Below the pieces are notes generated by a model that did no database searches, was not told the origin of the DNA, and was given only the letters and a program-made list of their open reading frames with translations. From the NCBI GenBank assembly GCA_964016885.1, contig OZ024742.1, positions 263,376,001 to 263,440,000 of the forward strand: a DNA stretch of 64,000 nucleotides. The letters are read 5' to 3'. Made by a program: the position numbers and the translations under genes. Origin of the DNA: Eledone cirrhosa (Eukaryota). Positions 1-13,242 of the stretch are shown one piece after another; within the stretch, counting starts at the first letter, position 1; each line of letters starts with the position of its first letter.

Positions 1-439
1 AATTGCATGGAGTGGAAAGGTCTCTTTCTAGTCTGTAGTGGAAGAGACAACCACTCTAGGGTTGGTGTCAGAATGAAATGTACTGAGAACTCTGTAAAAT
101 GATGGATGAATAAACTGAGACATTGCAAAGAGGGTGGTATGGCCCTGTTAAGGATTTAACCACTCTTGTATTGGTGCTATGATAAAATGCATCTAGTATA
201 CTCTGAAGTGAACTATCCAGTCTTGCTATATGCATGATGACTTCTAGTGCTGGAGCCACAATAAATTGCATCCAGTACACAGAGTAAAGTGTTAGTGTCA
301 TGATAAAATGCACCCAGTACACACTGTAAAATGGTTGGCATCCAGCCATAATGCAAACTATGGGTACATAAAAGATGTAGTGGGATCACAGGCATGCTAC
401 CTAAGAACGTATATTTTATATGTGGCTGATGCTCAGGTG

Positions 440-1050
440 CAATAAGTAGCAAGTGCCCAAGGATACTAGTTCCTTCTACTACCCAGATGGTTCTATAGGA
501 ATAGTGGACACTTTCCGTTACCTGGGTGACAAAATCAGCAGTGGTGGAGGGTGCTCTGAAAGTACAGTAGCCAGAGTTAGAATGGGATGGAAAAAGTTCA
601 GAGAGCTAATACCTCTGTTGGCCACAAAAAGTTTCTCTAAAAATGAAAGGCAGATTGTATGATGTTTGTATACGAACAGCAATGTTACATGGCAGTGAGA
701 CATTGGCATTGTGTGCAATCTTCCTGTGCAGATTAGAAAGGAACGAAGCATGCATGCTCCGTTGGGTGTTTAATAGTAATATACACGAACGGCAAAACAA
801 ACGAACTAAGTGAGAAATTAGGAATAAGAGGGATCAGATGCTGTTTACGTGAGAGAGGATTACGTTGGTATGGTCATGTGATACGCACAAAAGACGACAG
901 CTGTATAAAAAAAGTGCAGGGTGATCAAAATTGATGGAAGTTATGGAGTAGGTAGACCCAGAAAAACCTGGGATGACATGATAAAATCCGATCTTGCACA
1001 CTTACACCTCTCTAAGACAATGGCGCTACGCAGTAATATAGAAGACTCGC
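440..1050 (+). mobile_element. RTE-clade non-LTR retrotransposon 3' fragment (degenerate RT C-terminus)
   Basis: Translates to FRYLGDKISSGGGCSESTVARVRMGWKKFRELIPLL, then LRWYGHV and GRPRKTW across frameshifts and stops; typical RTE ORF2 C-terminus. Confidence 0.8.
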
Positions 1051-1199
1051 TTTCCCTACGTACAAAGTTAAACCTACAATCAGTAAGCACCTCTTAACCA
1101 AATATACACCCCAACCCAACACCCCTACTCTCACCAACACCACCCTTTTTTTGTAAAGTTATGTTGGTACCACAGAACATCCAGTCCAAACTAAAGAGG

Positions 1200-1460
1200 T
1201 TGGTGTAGGTGTCACGACAAAAAAAGCACCCAGTCCACACTGTAAATGTGGTTGTGTAGGTAACACGGTAAAAAGCTCCCAGTCCACACTGTAAACATGG
1301 TTAGTGTTAGGAAGGGTATCCAGCTGTAAAAAACCCTGACAGATACAGTCCTATATGAGTGAGACGCGGTTACCTGATCAATCTTGCCTCAAGTGGGACA
1401 ATTGCCGTCTAATCCATGCTAGTGTGGAAGATAGACGTTAAACGATGATGATAATGACGT
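1200..1460 (+). mobile_element. 3' UTR/tail of the same RTE family (tandem AAAAGCACCCAGTCCACACTGTAAA units, GAT-repeat tail)
   Basis: The same module follows the RTE fragment at 11020-11350 and recurs at about 12235-12385(-), 14485-14590(-) and 15835-15966(+). Confidence 0.65.
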
Positions 1461-3780
1461 GGTTCTGCATCAAATCTAGTTTTGGACTGTGTTAACCCAC
1501 CCAACACATTTAGCATGGAAAGTAAATGAAAAATGATATATAATGGCATCCTCAGTTTCTGCCTACCTGTTTGATATTAATCAACCTGAAGTTATAGAAG
1601 ACACTTTCCCATGGTGCCATGCATTGGGATCGAATTTAGAATCAATGTGGTTGGTAATATCATTCAGTTCAAACAAAGGCATAACCTCCCTAGTGCTGGT
1701 GCCACAATAAAATGCATTCAGTAGATGTGGGAATGTATGTATCTTGCAGGTTCCCAATCTGTCTCAATACATGGCAAGGTGTGGAAACGTATATAGATGA
1801 GATGCAAGCCCCACCTGTCTGAGTAGCCAGTAGCTCCGCTTGAGTACTGACTTAGTCTGTGACTATCCATCCAACCTATGTTAGCAGGGAGACTGCACGT
1901 TACATGATGAAGGTTGCAAAGCAAGTTATTAACAGTCATCTAGTTTAAGAGTCTTCTCTAATAGATATATGGAAATAATGATATTCGAAAACTCCTCAGT
2001 GCAGATCCCCTCTTATAGTTCAGTTGTAAGTTTATTTTAATCCAGAGCAGGTGCTTAGTTCTAATTTCAGGACATTAAGCGTTTGAAATATTACTGCCCG
2101 ACTGAATATTCCCAACATTTCTAATTGATCTGGTAATCTATGTCACCTGATACCTGAAGTATATATAGAATGAAGTGTACAACCCCAAAACACAAACAGT
2201 GCAGCGGATTTAAACTAGAGTCCTTTGAATTGACAATTAAAAAGTAATAATAAAATACACGAATTATCTCTTCTTTAATAGGCTCGAAATTAAAATGTAT
2301 TTTTACAGTATTTAACTCACTGGGGACTGATAGAACAACGGAGGCTAATTTTACCATTGACAAAATCAACCTATAGAGTAAAAATAAAATAAATTATTCA
2401 CTGAAAGGAGTAGCGAAGTGCCACGATGTTCCCAGGCCTGACCATACATACCATTTAAAAAAAACTATATACAACTACATATGCAATATGTTCCGCCAGC
2501 TAAGAAGGTAAGTTTGAATGAGGTTCATTTGGCTGCTTTTTCTAGTAGGTCGAGTGACCGCATAGAACAAAATCAGTTAATGACAGCAGTGACGGTTAAG
2601 GAGAGGAAGTTGAGATTCAAATTATCAGCTTCTTCAGCAAGTGACAGGTCAATCGAAATCTTAGCTAAGAGAAGCCCAATTCACATTGCCTTATAATTAT
2701 ATATTGATGCCTCATATGGAACGCCACTGTTCGCGACCTGTTCACATCTCAGATGCTGCGGCAGGGTCCATAGCCGAACGAAAAAAAAAAAGGTGATTTA
2801 TCGAGAAATCTAAATTCTCAGACTATCGGGAATATTGGGTCGCTGACAACGAAGTCTTTGGTTATTGTTGACGGCTCGTCCAACTATATTTATTAAATGT
2901 TATAGTTTGGCTATTCCAGTATCTCAGCCACACTATCACCTGCAGAAATTTATTCTAAAACCTTTAGAAAGGAACACCAGAAGTCCCTCTGTTTTTCTAA
3001 CTCTTTATTTACTGATTTGTTTTTGTAATTCAAACATTACATAATATTTGTTGAATAAAGATTTATTCAAATCTCAAAATTTCAAATAGTTAGTTGATTG
3101 CTTACGTACACACGACTAGTTCATTAAAACTCACCCAATAAACAGACGCGATAACAAATGTAGGTTTGTGTAAAGAATATTAAAAAAAAAAAATTTAAAA
3201 TCACCTCTTATAGGATATGTATTTATCAAATTGAATCATGTAATTAAAAACGGGCAATTATGTAGCTTAGAAGACAAAATGTAAACTAGCATATAAGACC
3301 AGAAACAAGTGTTGCAATTAACCACCCCTACGACATGGCGTTCACCCCCACCCGCCTCCTATGGCCCGGGTTTTCGGCTGTTGGCTGATCGTCAAAAAGT
3401 ATTAGAGGGAGACTTTTGTGCCCCTTATGGTGTGCGACCGTTTGACAGTGTGTTGAATTAATATTTTCTTTTCGTTTTGATTTTATATTTTAATGTGAAT
3501 TATTTATGCAATGTATTGTATATATTATTTGTGCTTATTATAAGAATTATAAAAAAAATTGTAATGTCATTTATTCAATTGTAAATAAATTTTTCAGAAA
3601 CGAAAAAAAAAGAAAAATTATAATTGTTAATAATTATAATTTTTTTTATTACGAATTTTTAAAGTTACAGATTGTGATAGGTAGAGATATTTGTTGCGGG
3701 TGTAGATTTGTTCGTTGGTGTTTGAAAGTTGTGAATGAAAAGCAAGCGAATAGTGGGAGAGGGGATGGTGTACGCATATA

Positions 3781-3850
3781 TACAAGGTGTACCCCAAAAA
3801 TATATACAAATATTTATAAGTGTGTATACATTTTTTTGGACACCATATAT
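3781..3850. mobile_element. Tiny Tc1/mariner-like MITE remnant
   Basis: TACAAGGTGTACCCCAAAAA ... TTTTTTGGACACCATATA imperfect terminal inverted repeats in a TA context. Confidence 0.4.
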
Positions 3851-4624
3851 ATATATACACACATTATAAGGATTCTCTGCCCCACGGTGAAGCTTTAATT
3901 GTTTCGATTGCAAAAAGAAAGGGTAAAAAGTAAACCGTAGGGAAGAGAATCCTTATAATATCTACACTACTTTTCTAAAAGAACAAAGTTCTAAGTTGAA
4001 TAATGGACTTAATCAGTAAAATCTCATCTATTTATCTATATTAGTTTGTGTTAAGGAAGCATCTGATTTTCATTTACACATACAAAGTAAAAATACATTT
4101 TTAATATAGTTATTTAATTTAGACACGAAACTGAACAATATATCATTGCAAGGTTCCCGTTTTTTCCTTCTCTAAGATTTGAAGTAGCACGTTCATGATT
4201 TCGATTGCATGATGCTACTATAAGAGGCGGTAATAAAACATGAAACAATGAATTCATATTTTTTTAAATTGAAAATTTCAAAACTTTGAAAATAAAAAAA
4301 AAATTAAAAAAAAATCATTCGTAACTTAATTATATATATATATGTGTGTGAGTGTGGCTATGCCAAATAGCAAAGCGATATTAATAATTGTTAACTAAGA
4401 CATTAGATATTTCGGAGAGAACAAAATTGATGCTCCTCCAAAGAAGCATTTACAACAAATATGCTCTAAACAAACAATATGACATATTTACAATGTTATT
4501 TTACGATATAGTGAATATTACTCCTTGTGGAAAGCATATATTAACCATTTTAGTAGTGCGTATCTAACGGACAAATATAGAGAAAGATTCTAAAAACCAA
4601 AGAGGGTCGGTTTTTCTTTTTTAC

Positions 4625-4723
4625 CTTGCCAAGAAATTTGCCCCGATTGTAAGTTTTACCAATAGTAGCGCTGTGAATAACATTCGGTATTTCTTTCTGG
4701 GTAGCAGCGGTCTTCGATGACAT
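4625..4723 (-). CDS. PLK1: Polo-like kinase 1 (polo) first coding exon; remaining exons not found, probably left of the window
   Basis: MSSKTAATQKEIPNVIHSATIGKTYNRGKFLGK followed by a GTAA donor; matches the PLK1 N-terminus KEIPEVL..YVRGRFLGK, split just before GGFAKC. Confidence 0.8.
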
Positions 4724-5423
4724 ATTGTACAAAGTTGCTTTTCACATAAAATAGAAGCAAGTTCAAACTTGTCTACTAATAACAAGATTATTTTTTAAAT
4801 ATTGCGGTTTTCCGCAAACAATCAATTTGATTGGTCAATTCATATTAATCGAGGTTTCATTGGTTGAAATGGGAAAAAGTTAGAGTAGGAGGTGGAGAAG
4901 ACAGAGTAGAGCTAACGTGGTTCTACTGCTGATATTGTTGTGTAGTCTCAAACCCAAATCGTATATGTATTCCAGCGCACACATATATGTATATATAAAA
5001 TATATCATCTATCTATCTCTTTATATATACTTAATAAATAAAGAATACATTTTAAGTATATATACGCACACACATAATATATATATACATTAGATAGCAT
5101 TTCTCCCTCTTTAAAGAGCGCATGCAAACACATTACAAGCTTCTCGTTTTCTCTTTCCTTTATTGAAATGGAATGAAGTAATTTTATATAGAACGTTCGC
5201 CGTTACGATTTTAATGGAATCATATTTAAAACACAAAGTGTGTTAGTGGATTGAGGCTATGTTAGTTTGGTAGTCGAGTAAGTAAATGATGTTATGTGTA
5301 ACATGCTGTGATTCATCAGCTGATGGTGGCTGACAGCCAATTAGAAGTTGTGTTGTTTCAACAGCTAGACTGTTGAATACTTCTCACTTTTCCCGTTTGT
5401 GTAATATCTCTTACATCGAAGTT
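4724..5423. promoter_or_regulatory. Bidirectional promoter region between PLK1 and PINX1 with CCAAT boxes and CHR-like motifs
   Basis: ATTGG at 4830 and 4859, TTCAAA (TTTGAA on -) at 4762, TTTAAA at 4794, CCAAT at 5337; divergent ATGs 700 bp apart. Confidence 0.55.
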
Positions 5424-5490
5424 ATGTTAGCGGACAAACAAAAACGGGTGAAATATTCCATCAATCCCCGTGGCAACGCCTGGAGTAATG
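5424..5490 (+). CDS. PINX1: PinX1 exon 1
   Basis: MLADKQKRVKYSINPRGNAWSN(D), similar to human MLAERRRKQKWAVDPQNTAWSND; GTAAGT donor at 5491. Confidence 0.9.
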
Positions 5491-7149
5491 GTAAGTTACG
5501 ATACTTTCGATTGTCATTAGTTCAATCTAGCCATAAACTCAAAAGAATACAAAGTGAAATTAGGCAAGATATTGGATGAATAGACAATACAAACAATGGT
5601 GTCAATATATATTCTAATGAAACAATTAATGATGCTATCTAACATATGTATGTATATTTAATAATATTTTTAAAGTGTAGAATATATATAATTAAGGATG
5701 GTAATGACTCCTATAAGCGACGGAAGAAGAAATCCTACTTTTAATTCTTAAAACGAACATCTGAGGTACTGTGCTTAGCTTAAAACATTATTTGTGTTAA
5801 AATGTTTTTATTTTTACTGTTTTCAGTTCGTATTTTAGTTTTTGATATTTACTGCTTTAATGTAAAGTCCTCTAGTTCACCTCTGTATTTCCCACTATAT
5901 GTGTGCGCTCACATACAGACTTTCTCTCTGTTACTTATATTCCTCACACGTGCTCTTCTGTTCCTCTCATGTGTCTTCTTTTATATCTGTGTGAGAAATA
6001 TACACGGTCGCTCAACCCTCTAAAAATAGTAATCAAAGATTCCTCAAATCACACCCCGTCGTCTTAAAAATTGGAAGGATATATTGGATAATGTACTCTG
6101 ATATACAAAAAAAAAAACGGATACTTATGACTAACGACTTCGATCATTTGTCTGCGCGATCAAACCTGAAATAAACAACATCTAGAGCCTAGTCAAATTG
6201 AGTAGATTGAAACGTTGTAAAGACCCGTCAAATGATCTGTACACTTGATTCAAGGGCTGCGTCTGACTGAATATGTGAAAGATACAAAAGTCAGGACTAT
6301 ATGGCCACTTACTCTATAATACAATGAATATCTAATTTATGTGGTCGAAACCGATGTGGGACCCTATCATTTAGTAAGAGTTGAATGAGAATCTAGAGTA
6401 GTCTTTTCGTCCGACGTATATTGCGAGTGTGTCATTTTACACCAACACCGCCTGTATATGCGTTTCTTTCCTGTGGTATTATAAAAATGGGGGTACGCAA
6501 GTGTTCAATCATAGCCTAGTAACCGCACATACACATTCTTAAATAATTTACACCTGCATCTCAAAGAATAAAACACCTACGCTCTAAGTTCAAATATCGC
6601 TTGTTTTTAATCCTTTCGTTACCCTGAAAATAATTACCAGTCAAGTCAAGACAATCTTGGCATATATCGTGATTAAAAAAAAATATTTAAGTCCCCTTTT
6701 GTTACCATATTCATAATGAAAGACACTGCCAATAATTTTCAAATCATTTTGAAAATAAGCAAGAATATGGAGGGATTTGGTAATATAACTAACTTTCTCA
6801 TCAAATTTCTGTTTGGAACATAGCGGTTCCAAGCAACAACTTAATGAGAAATATATACACTTAAAAACAAGCAGTTTTATATCGTAGACCGAGAGGCGGT
6901 TTCAAGCAGTTTCATCTCAAAAGGGTTAAAAGGAACGTAACGCGGGTCAAATTCAATAGAATAAGTAACTTGAAAACTGTGATCATGGCCACAGTCAAAT
7001 GACTGAAACTAGTAAAAGAATACAAGAGATACGATGCATAGCTTCGGGTTATGCAATTTCTTAGAGGGAAACTGAAGAAGACTGTCGTATGTAAGTGTGT
7101 GTGCCTCTATGGTCAGTGTTGCATTTAGTCTTTTGATAAATAGAAATCG

Positions 7150-7345
7150 GTAAAATAAGTACCAGACTGAAATAAGTAGTGGAAAACATTCATGACAATA
7201 GATAAGGGTTGGCATGAAGTTCTGAATTGGTTTGGCTTTTACATCTACTTCCCTTCTGATGACTGTGTGCTGAAGCTGGTGCCTTACTGCACCAGCTCCT
7301 GCAATTCTTGCACTTAATTCACCCTCCTGCCTTTCATCACTCATG
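7150..7345 (-). mobile_element. RTE-like LINE fragment in PINX1 intron 1
   Basis: ELSARIAGAGAV..QLQHTVIRREV..FMPTLIYCHE; homologous to 17200-18030 and 20040-20890. Confidence 0.65.
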
Positions 7346-7685
7346 AAAAACAGCTATATCATTTTCCAAAATTTTGTGTCCCTGTGCTTGTATTAGAAAT
7401 CAATAGAAAGAATTGTTAGCATGTTGGTATTTAGTTATGGAATTTTACATTTTGAGTTCAGCTTTGTTTGTGTCTGATAAAATAAAGAAGTCTGCAAAGC
7501 CATCCATGATTTCTCTCTATCAAATTTCACTCACAACGTAATGGCCAACCTGCTCAGAGTGATGGAACCCAGAACTATGTGGCTGCAAAGTGAACACTCA
7601 TGCCTGTGATTCTGTTGACTAAACCCTATCTTTATAAATTTGTACTAATGTAAGGAACCCATGTTTCTCATTTTCCATTTGTCAG

Positions 7686-7808
7686 ATGAAGACAAGTTTG
7701 GTCAGAAGATGCTCGAGAAGTTTGGCTGGGAGAAAGGTAAAGGTTTGGGGATGCGAGAGGATGGCCGCAGTGAACATGTGAAAATCTCAAACAAAAATGA
7801 TACCAAAG
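7686..7808 (+). CDS. PINX1: PinX1 exon 2 (G-patch domain)
   Basis: DEDKFGQKMLEKFGWEKGKGLGMREDG..KNDTKG G-patch; CAG acceptor, GTAAGT donor, phase 1-1. Confidence 0.95.
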
Positions 7809-9193
7809 GTAAGTCAATCATACCTCTAAGGATTTTTCCCAACCTCTAAAATTAACATTTTTATACCCCATATTGCATTTATGTTTTTATTCTCTATCAG
7901 ATCTTGTAAATATGATGATGTATCACTCTTGGTTGATTTGATAAGATGCTTCTGGCCCACTGTCTGATGGGTCAACAGTACATATATAGTTTGCAACTGT
8001 AAATATTTACATTACTTCTATGTAAATGACAAATCTCTCTTCATAGACTTCCTACTCATTTTAAAATTACCACATAAGCCAGTGGGGCAACGTTTTGAAA
8101 GTCACTCAATATTTTACATGTAGCAGCCAAATCTTTCTTATTGCTCAACCACTTTATTGTCTTTGAAATGAATGTCACCAGTTTTAACAAAGTGGCTATA
8201 ATCATTTGATCTGCTCATGGTTGCAAAATGTCCATTGAAATGGAGGCTACCCAAGGTAATGTGTGAATTTATGTAGTCTCTCAATCTATTTAATATAGAT
8301 TTTTATACTGTCACCTAATATGTTTATCTCTAAACATCTTGTATCACATCAAAACACAATAGCAAGATGTATGAATATTCCTGATTTAATTGATGAATTA
8401 ATAGCTGATAAAAATATTGTGCTTTTAAAAAAGTTTATGATGTACGATAAGGTTTGTTATTTATGAATTGCGTAATTGACTATATCACATTAAATATGAT
8501 AGTCTTTAGTCTAATATCACAAATTTTTAGTGTGGGCTGTCCACATTATTAACATTTGAATTAACAAAGCTATTTTTAGACATTTTCTGGCAAATCATTA
8601 CAAGATGTTAAGAGTTAATGTAGATTCCTATATAGTCATTTAATCTGTTTAATGTAGATACTTTACCATCTTTAAAATGTAGACAATATATCAAGTCTTA
8701 AATCTTATGATAACATGACACTGCTAGGTATCATTAGGAGTATACTACAATGAGTGAGGTAGTTTCTAACTGGTTGCTTGGTTTGCTAAAAATAGTAGGC
8801 AAATCCCCCTAAAATTTTACTCTACTGCTTTTAAAATGGACAGATTAGATAATGTAATCCTTGATATATCAAAAGTTAAGATCGTCACAATTGGAATGCC
8901 TTTTGATCATAGGTCTGTTTAACAAAAACAGAAAATGTTGAGTATAGCACACTACTAAAAGTAGCAGAACATTGTATAACTAATCAGTGTTTTGTTAGTT
9001 TCTCATTGGCATAGACATGGCAATAAGAAACCCCTTCAGTTCCTATTTCTCTTGAATCATCACTGAATCATACATGATGAATTGTTCAGTGATATACCAT
9101 AATTCTAATAACATATCCTTTACATTGCCTTCATGACTACTACCCACCTCCATACCAGATTTGTTAATTTACCCTCATGTTATTACTTTACAG

Positions 9194-9359
9194 GACTTGG
9201 TTTCAAAAAAACTTTCAGTGACAATTTGATAAGTCATCAAGATGATTTCAACTCCTTGCTGAGCAGTTTAAGTGAGACACACACTAGTGTCAGTCATGCT
9301 GCTACTGATGATGTTAGTAAGTTGGCAGAAAAGTCTGGCTCAGCCAAAAAGCGAGTACA
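9194..9359 (+). CDS. PINX1: PinX1 exon 3
   Basis: GLGFKK..SHQDDFNSLLSSL matches PinX1 AHQDDFNQLLAEL; canonical splice sites, phase 1-2. Confidence 0.92.
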
Positions 9360-9911
9360 GTAAGTTACTTTATTATCTATTATTAATTACTTTATTATCT
9401 ATTATTAAAAAGAGCAGGAAATTATCAGAGTTATTGTAGTATCGGATAGGGTGTCTTGCAGCATTTGTTTTAGCTCTCTGTGCTCTCAGTTCAAATCCTG
9501 CAGAAGTAAATTTTAATTTCATACTTAGGCTGCTTTACACATGCCTGCAAGTGTATTTTATTGGCACGAGTGTAGGTCATCCTGATACAATGTAGTGTAT
9601 TGTCTCTGGAAATGCTTCATATAGGCAATATTTGTCACCTATATTGTAGGCATTGTGAATATTCCTTTGAATAGATATAGTGGTGATAGCCTGCTTGTGT
9701 ATTGCCAACATTTTTGCCCCTGCATTCAGGCCCCTGATTTGTTTTTCCAAACCAGAGATTATTTGTTATTTATATATGGGGAATTTAGTTCACTAAAATT
9801 TTGGCCAAGTAATGGCATGCCTTTATTGTTATTCCCCACAATTGACTTCAGTACATTTATTTTTCAGTCATTTATTTTTGCTGCTATGTTCAGACTATAG
9901 CTGTTTGAAGT

Positions 9912-10192
9912 TTAACTCTTTAGCATTTAAACCGGCCATATCCGGCCAGAATTCTCTCACCTCTTTCTGTTCAAGCTGGCCGTAACCATCCACCTATATA
10001 CCAACGTTAAGGTATTGTTCTCAAAATAAATAATATCAAAATCTCTTAGATTCGATATTATGTGAGATGATTATGTGAAGTAAAGCCTTTACCACAAAAA
10101 TATAATAGTATATATAGAGTAATTGTTTCTACTTTTTGGCACAAGGCCAGCAATTACCCAGTGCATTACTGATGTAAATGCTAAAGGGTTAA
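9912..10192. mobile_element. piggyBac-type non-autonomous MITE containing a SINE-tail fragment
   Basis: TTAA-CTCTTTAGCATTTA ... TAAATGCTAAAGGG-TTAA: terminal inverted repeats with TTAA target duplication. Confidence 0.72.
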
Positions 10193-10685
10193 GCTAATGT
10201 CTTGTGAGAATTTTGTTGCTGTGGACATCATGATTTGCTACCTTTACCAAAACATCCAAGCTGTAAAAAATGACATATTTTAATTGCCACTCTTTTGACA
10301 CATTTTAATATTTTGCTGATTTATTCCAGGCTCTGGATTGTTTAGTAGATGTAGTATGTATAGGAATGAGATGGAATTAATGTCGCTGGAAGTGTCGAAG
10401 GGAGAACAACACAATGCTATGAGCAGTGTTAGAGTACCTAGGGGAGAGAGAAAGAGTTGTAGTTTTTGACAAGTGTGATGGAGAGAAATGTAATGGATAT
10501 GTTTAACAGCTTTCTTGGATCAAGAGAGTAGTCTGCCCAGAATGTTGTTATGGTGGAAATAATAAGTTGACTTTGGTTGCATATGAATTGAAAATCACTA
10601 GACATTGTTCAACTAGAACGCAAATAGATACTTAATCGAATAAATCCTAACTCCTCTTCATCTTGCTGTCTTTATTCTCTTCCAG

Positions 10686-10863
10686 CTACCACAAACACGT
10701 GAAGAGCAAAGATCTGTCAGGTCGAACAGCAGAGGATATTGATTGTATTTTTGGTCGTAGGAAAACGAAGACAAAGAAACATGAGACTGAACTGATGTCA
10801 TTATCATCCTTTTCTTTAGAGGCGGCTGATCTTGATGCCACTGCTAACGTTGCTGTAGATTCA
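10686..10863 (+). CDS. PINX1: PinX1 exon 4
   Basis: (H)YHKHVKSKDLSGRTAEDIDCIFGRRK matches PinX1 HYMKFTKGKDLSSRSKTDLDCIFGKR; phase 2-0. Confidence 0.92.
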
Positions 10864-11019
10864 GTAAGTTATTTTCTATATGGTATTTTTAGACACTGAT
10901 ACTCTTACTTTTTCCTTCTATCCCTCCCCCTTTCTCTCTTACCTAATTCACTCAACATACAAGCACATGCCTATACCACCCACCACATCAATGTTTGTCA
11001 GTTTCTTTCTCTTCTATCT

Positions 11020-11663
11020 AAAAGCATGTATACACAGTAATATACGTGAACGACAAAGCATAAATGAACTGAGAGAGAGACTGAGCATAAGAGGAATCAA
11101 ATGCTGTGTGCAGGAGAGGCGGTTGCGCTGGTATGGACATGTGATGCGTATGAAGGATGACAGCTGCATAAAAAGGTGCAGAGCACTAGAAGTTGATGGA
11201 AACCGCGGAGTGGGGAGACCCAAGATGACCTGGGATGAGGTGATAAAAGCCGACCTTACCCAATTACACCTCTCAAAGACAATGACACACGACCGTGACT
11301 TCTGGCGTCACGCAGTAATACAGAGTACCCGACCTCCCATGGGTACATGCTGAAGCATATAAACAATATGCCCCCACACCCCCCACCACAAGGTGGTCGT
11401 GGAGGTGCCACGGCAAAAAAGCACCCAGCCCACACTGTAAAGTGGATGTGTAGGCGCCACGAAAAAGCACCCAGCACTCACTGTAAATGAGGTTGGTGTT
11501 AGGAAGGGCATCCAGCTGTAGAAATCAAGCCAGATCAGTTCCTGTATGAGCAAGGCATGGTCAGCCAAACAGACACTGCACACAACAGGACAACCCGTCT
11601 AACCCATGCTAGCGTGGAAGAACGGACGTAAAACGGTGATGATGATGATGATGATGATGATGA
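11020..11663 (+). mobile_element. 5'-truncated RTE LINE with 3' UTR and (GAT)n tail in PINX1 intron 4
   Basis: ERRLRWYGHVMRM..GRPKMTWDEVI; same family as 440-1460; ends in (GAT)n. Confidence 0.8.
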
Positions 11664-12419
11664 CACCTTTACATACACACAGGAATTAACATACATTTTT
11701 TTTTTTCTTTCAGGCATATATGTTCATACAAAACTCATGTATCCAATATCACATTGCACTGTCTCTCTTCTTACCTTATCATTAGCATTTGTATCAGTAT
11801 GTGAGCTTCTGCTGTGATACTGTTGCTAATCATCCTTTTTACGTCCCCTTTTCCATACTTGCAAGGGTTGGACCATAATAGTGTTATATCTCTGCTTCAT
11901 GCCATCAAACCAGAGTTAAACATTACTGTTCTTTAAACATTTTCAGGTCTTAGGATGCATTTATGGTATGTTTAACATTTCCTTAATAGGAATAAGGTAT
12001 ATAATTCTATTTCTTGGTCTATATCATTTTTAAACACTTACTCCTCTCTCTGTCTTTGCCAATTTCAATATTTTGAATTAACAGTTGAAAGAAGCGGACA
12101 TCTAACTGTAAATATTGAGGCACACGACACAGCATATTATATGGCAGCTGTTATATTAACTGTTTAGAAATGAAGTTTACTTGAGTCTTCTACATTGAAG
12201 AAGGCAGAACCATTTTTTAAAATGTTATTTAAGACATCATCACTTTACGTCCGCTTTTCCCTGCTTGCAAGGGTGGGACGAGAACTGATTCTGGCTTGAT
12301 TTCTACAGCTGGATGCCCTTCCTAACACCAACCTCATTTACAGTGAGTGCTGGGTGCTTTTTTTGCCGTGGCACCTCCACGACCACTTTGCAGTGGCATG
12401 ATAGAGACCCCAGTCCCTA

Positions 12420-12568
12420 TCATCTCATTTCTACAGCTGAGTAAACTGGAGCAATGTGAAATAAAGTGTCTTGCTCAAGGAAACAACACATCACCCGGTC
12501 TGAGAATTGAACTCACAACCTTTCGATTGCAAGGCCAATGCTCTAACCACTAAGCCATGTGCCTCCAT
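12420..12568 (-). mobile_element. tRNA-derived CORE-type SINE (related copies about 18440-18752, 19640-19832, 32780-32882)
   Basis: Reverse strand shows A box TGGCTTAGTGGTTAG, a B-box-like GAGTTCAATTC and the CORE-like CCTTGAGCAAGACACTT. Confidence 0.65.
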
Positions 12569-13242
12569 GACACTAAAACAATATTTAAATTTCAATTGAC
12601 AAAGATAAGCATCTATTTTCTAATTCTAGTACAAAAATAGCAGAACAATAGACAATCCAGTTGTTGTGTAAGAATTTTAAATGATCAGATTTAACCCAAA
12701 CTCAGCATGTTACAATGAGGGAGCTTCAAATCACATCCTACTTTCTTAAAAAAAGAATGACAAACTATAATGCAGTCCTATGTATATGTTTAAAAAAGAA
12801 GCCAGGGTGGTCATGATTAGAACACCTTAGACAATGTCTGCTTTTTGACCAGGATTGACTTGAAGGTAAACAACTTTAGGGTCTGTTAAGCCCACCTCCC
12901 TACTCTCTGTTTTACAGTAGAAAGATTCATGTTAGGAACTGTATACATTGAACAGTGGAAACATTTGCTAAGTCAATTATTTAACATGCATTATGGGCAT
13001 AAACCTTGTATTGCACTCTTAGGTAAGGCATACTACTTAATATTTTTAGCTAAAAATAAGGATAATTTTCTCTTCATGTTTGAATAGCTTGCAAATATTT
13101 TCTTGACTATTTCATTTATTGATATAACAAAATTTGTTGTCCATCCCTCTCAAGTAGTAGATTTAGTTTAAAACAACTTTTAAAGAATAATGAAATAAAA
13201 TATAGAACAATAAAAATATTAATGAACTAACATCTTTTCTAG

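Noticed and set aside
2481-2696. Possible hAT transposase C-terminus or PLK1 exon 2
   Set aside because: No GGFAKC motif found in 1-4620; resemblance to hAT is too weak to call
6607-6929. Second piggyBac-like MITE (TTAA..AAAGGGTTAA)
   Set aside because: Terminal inverted match is too short and imperfect to support confidently
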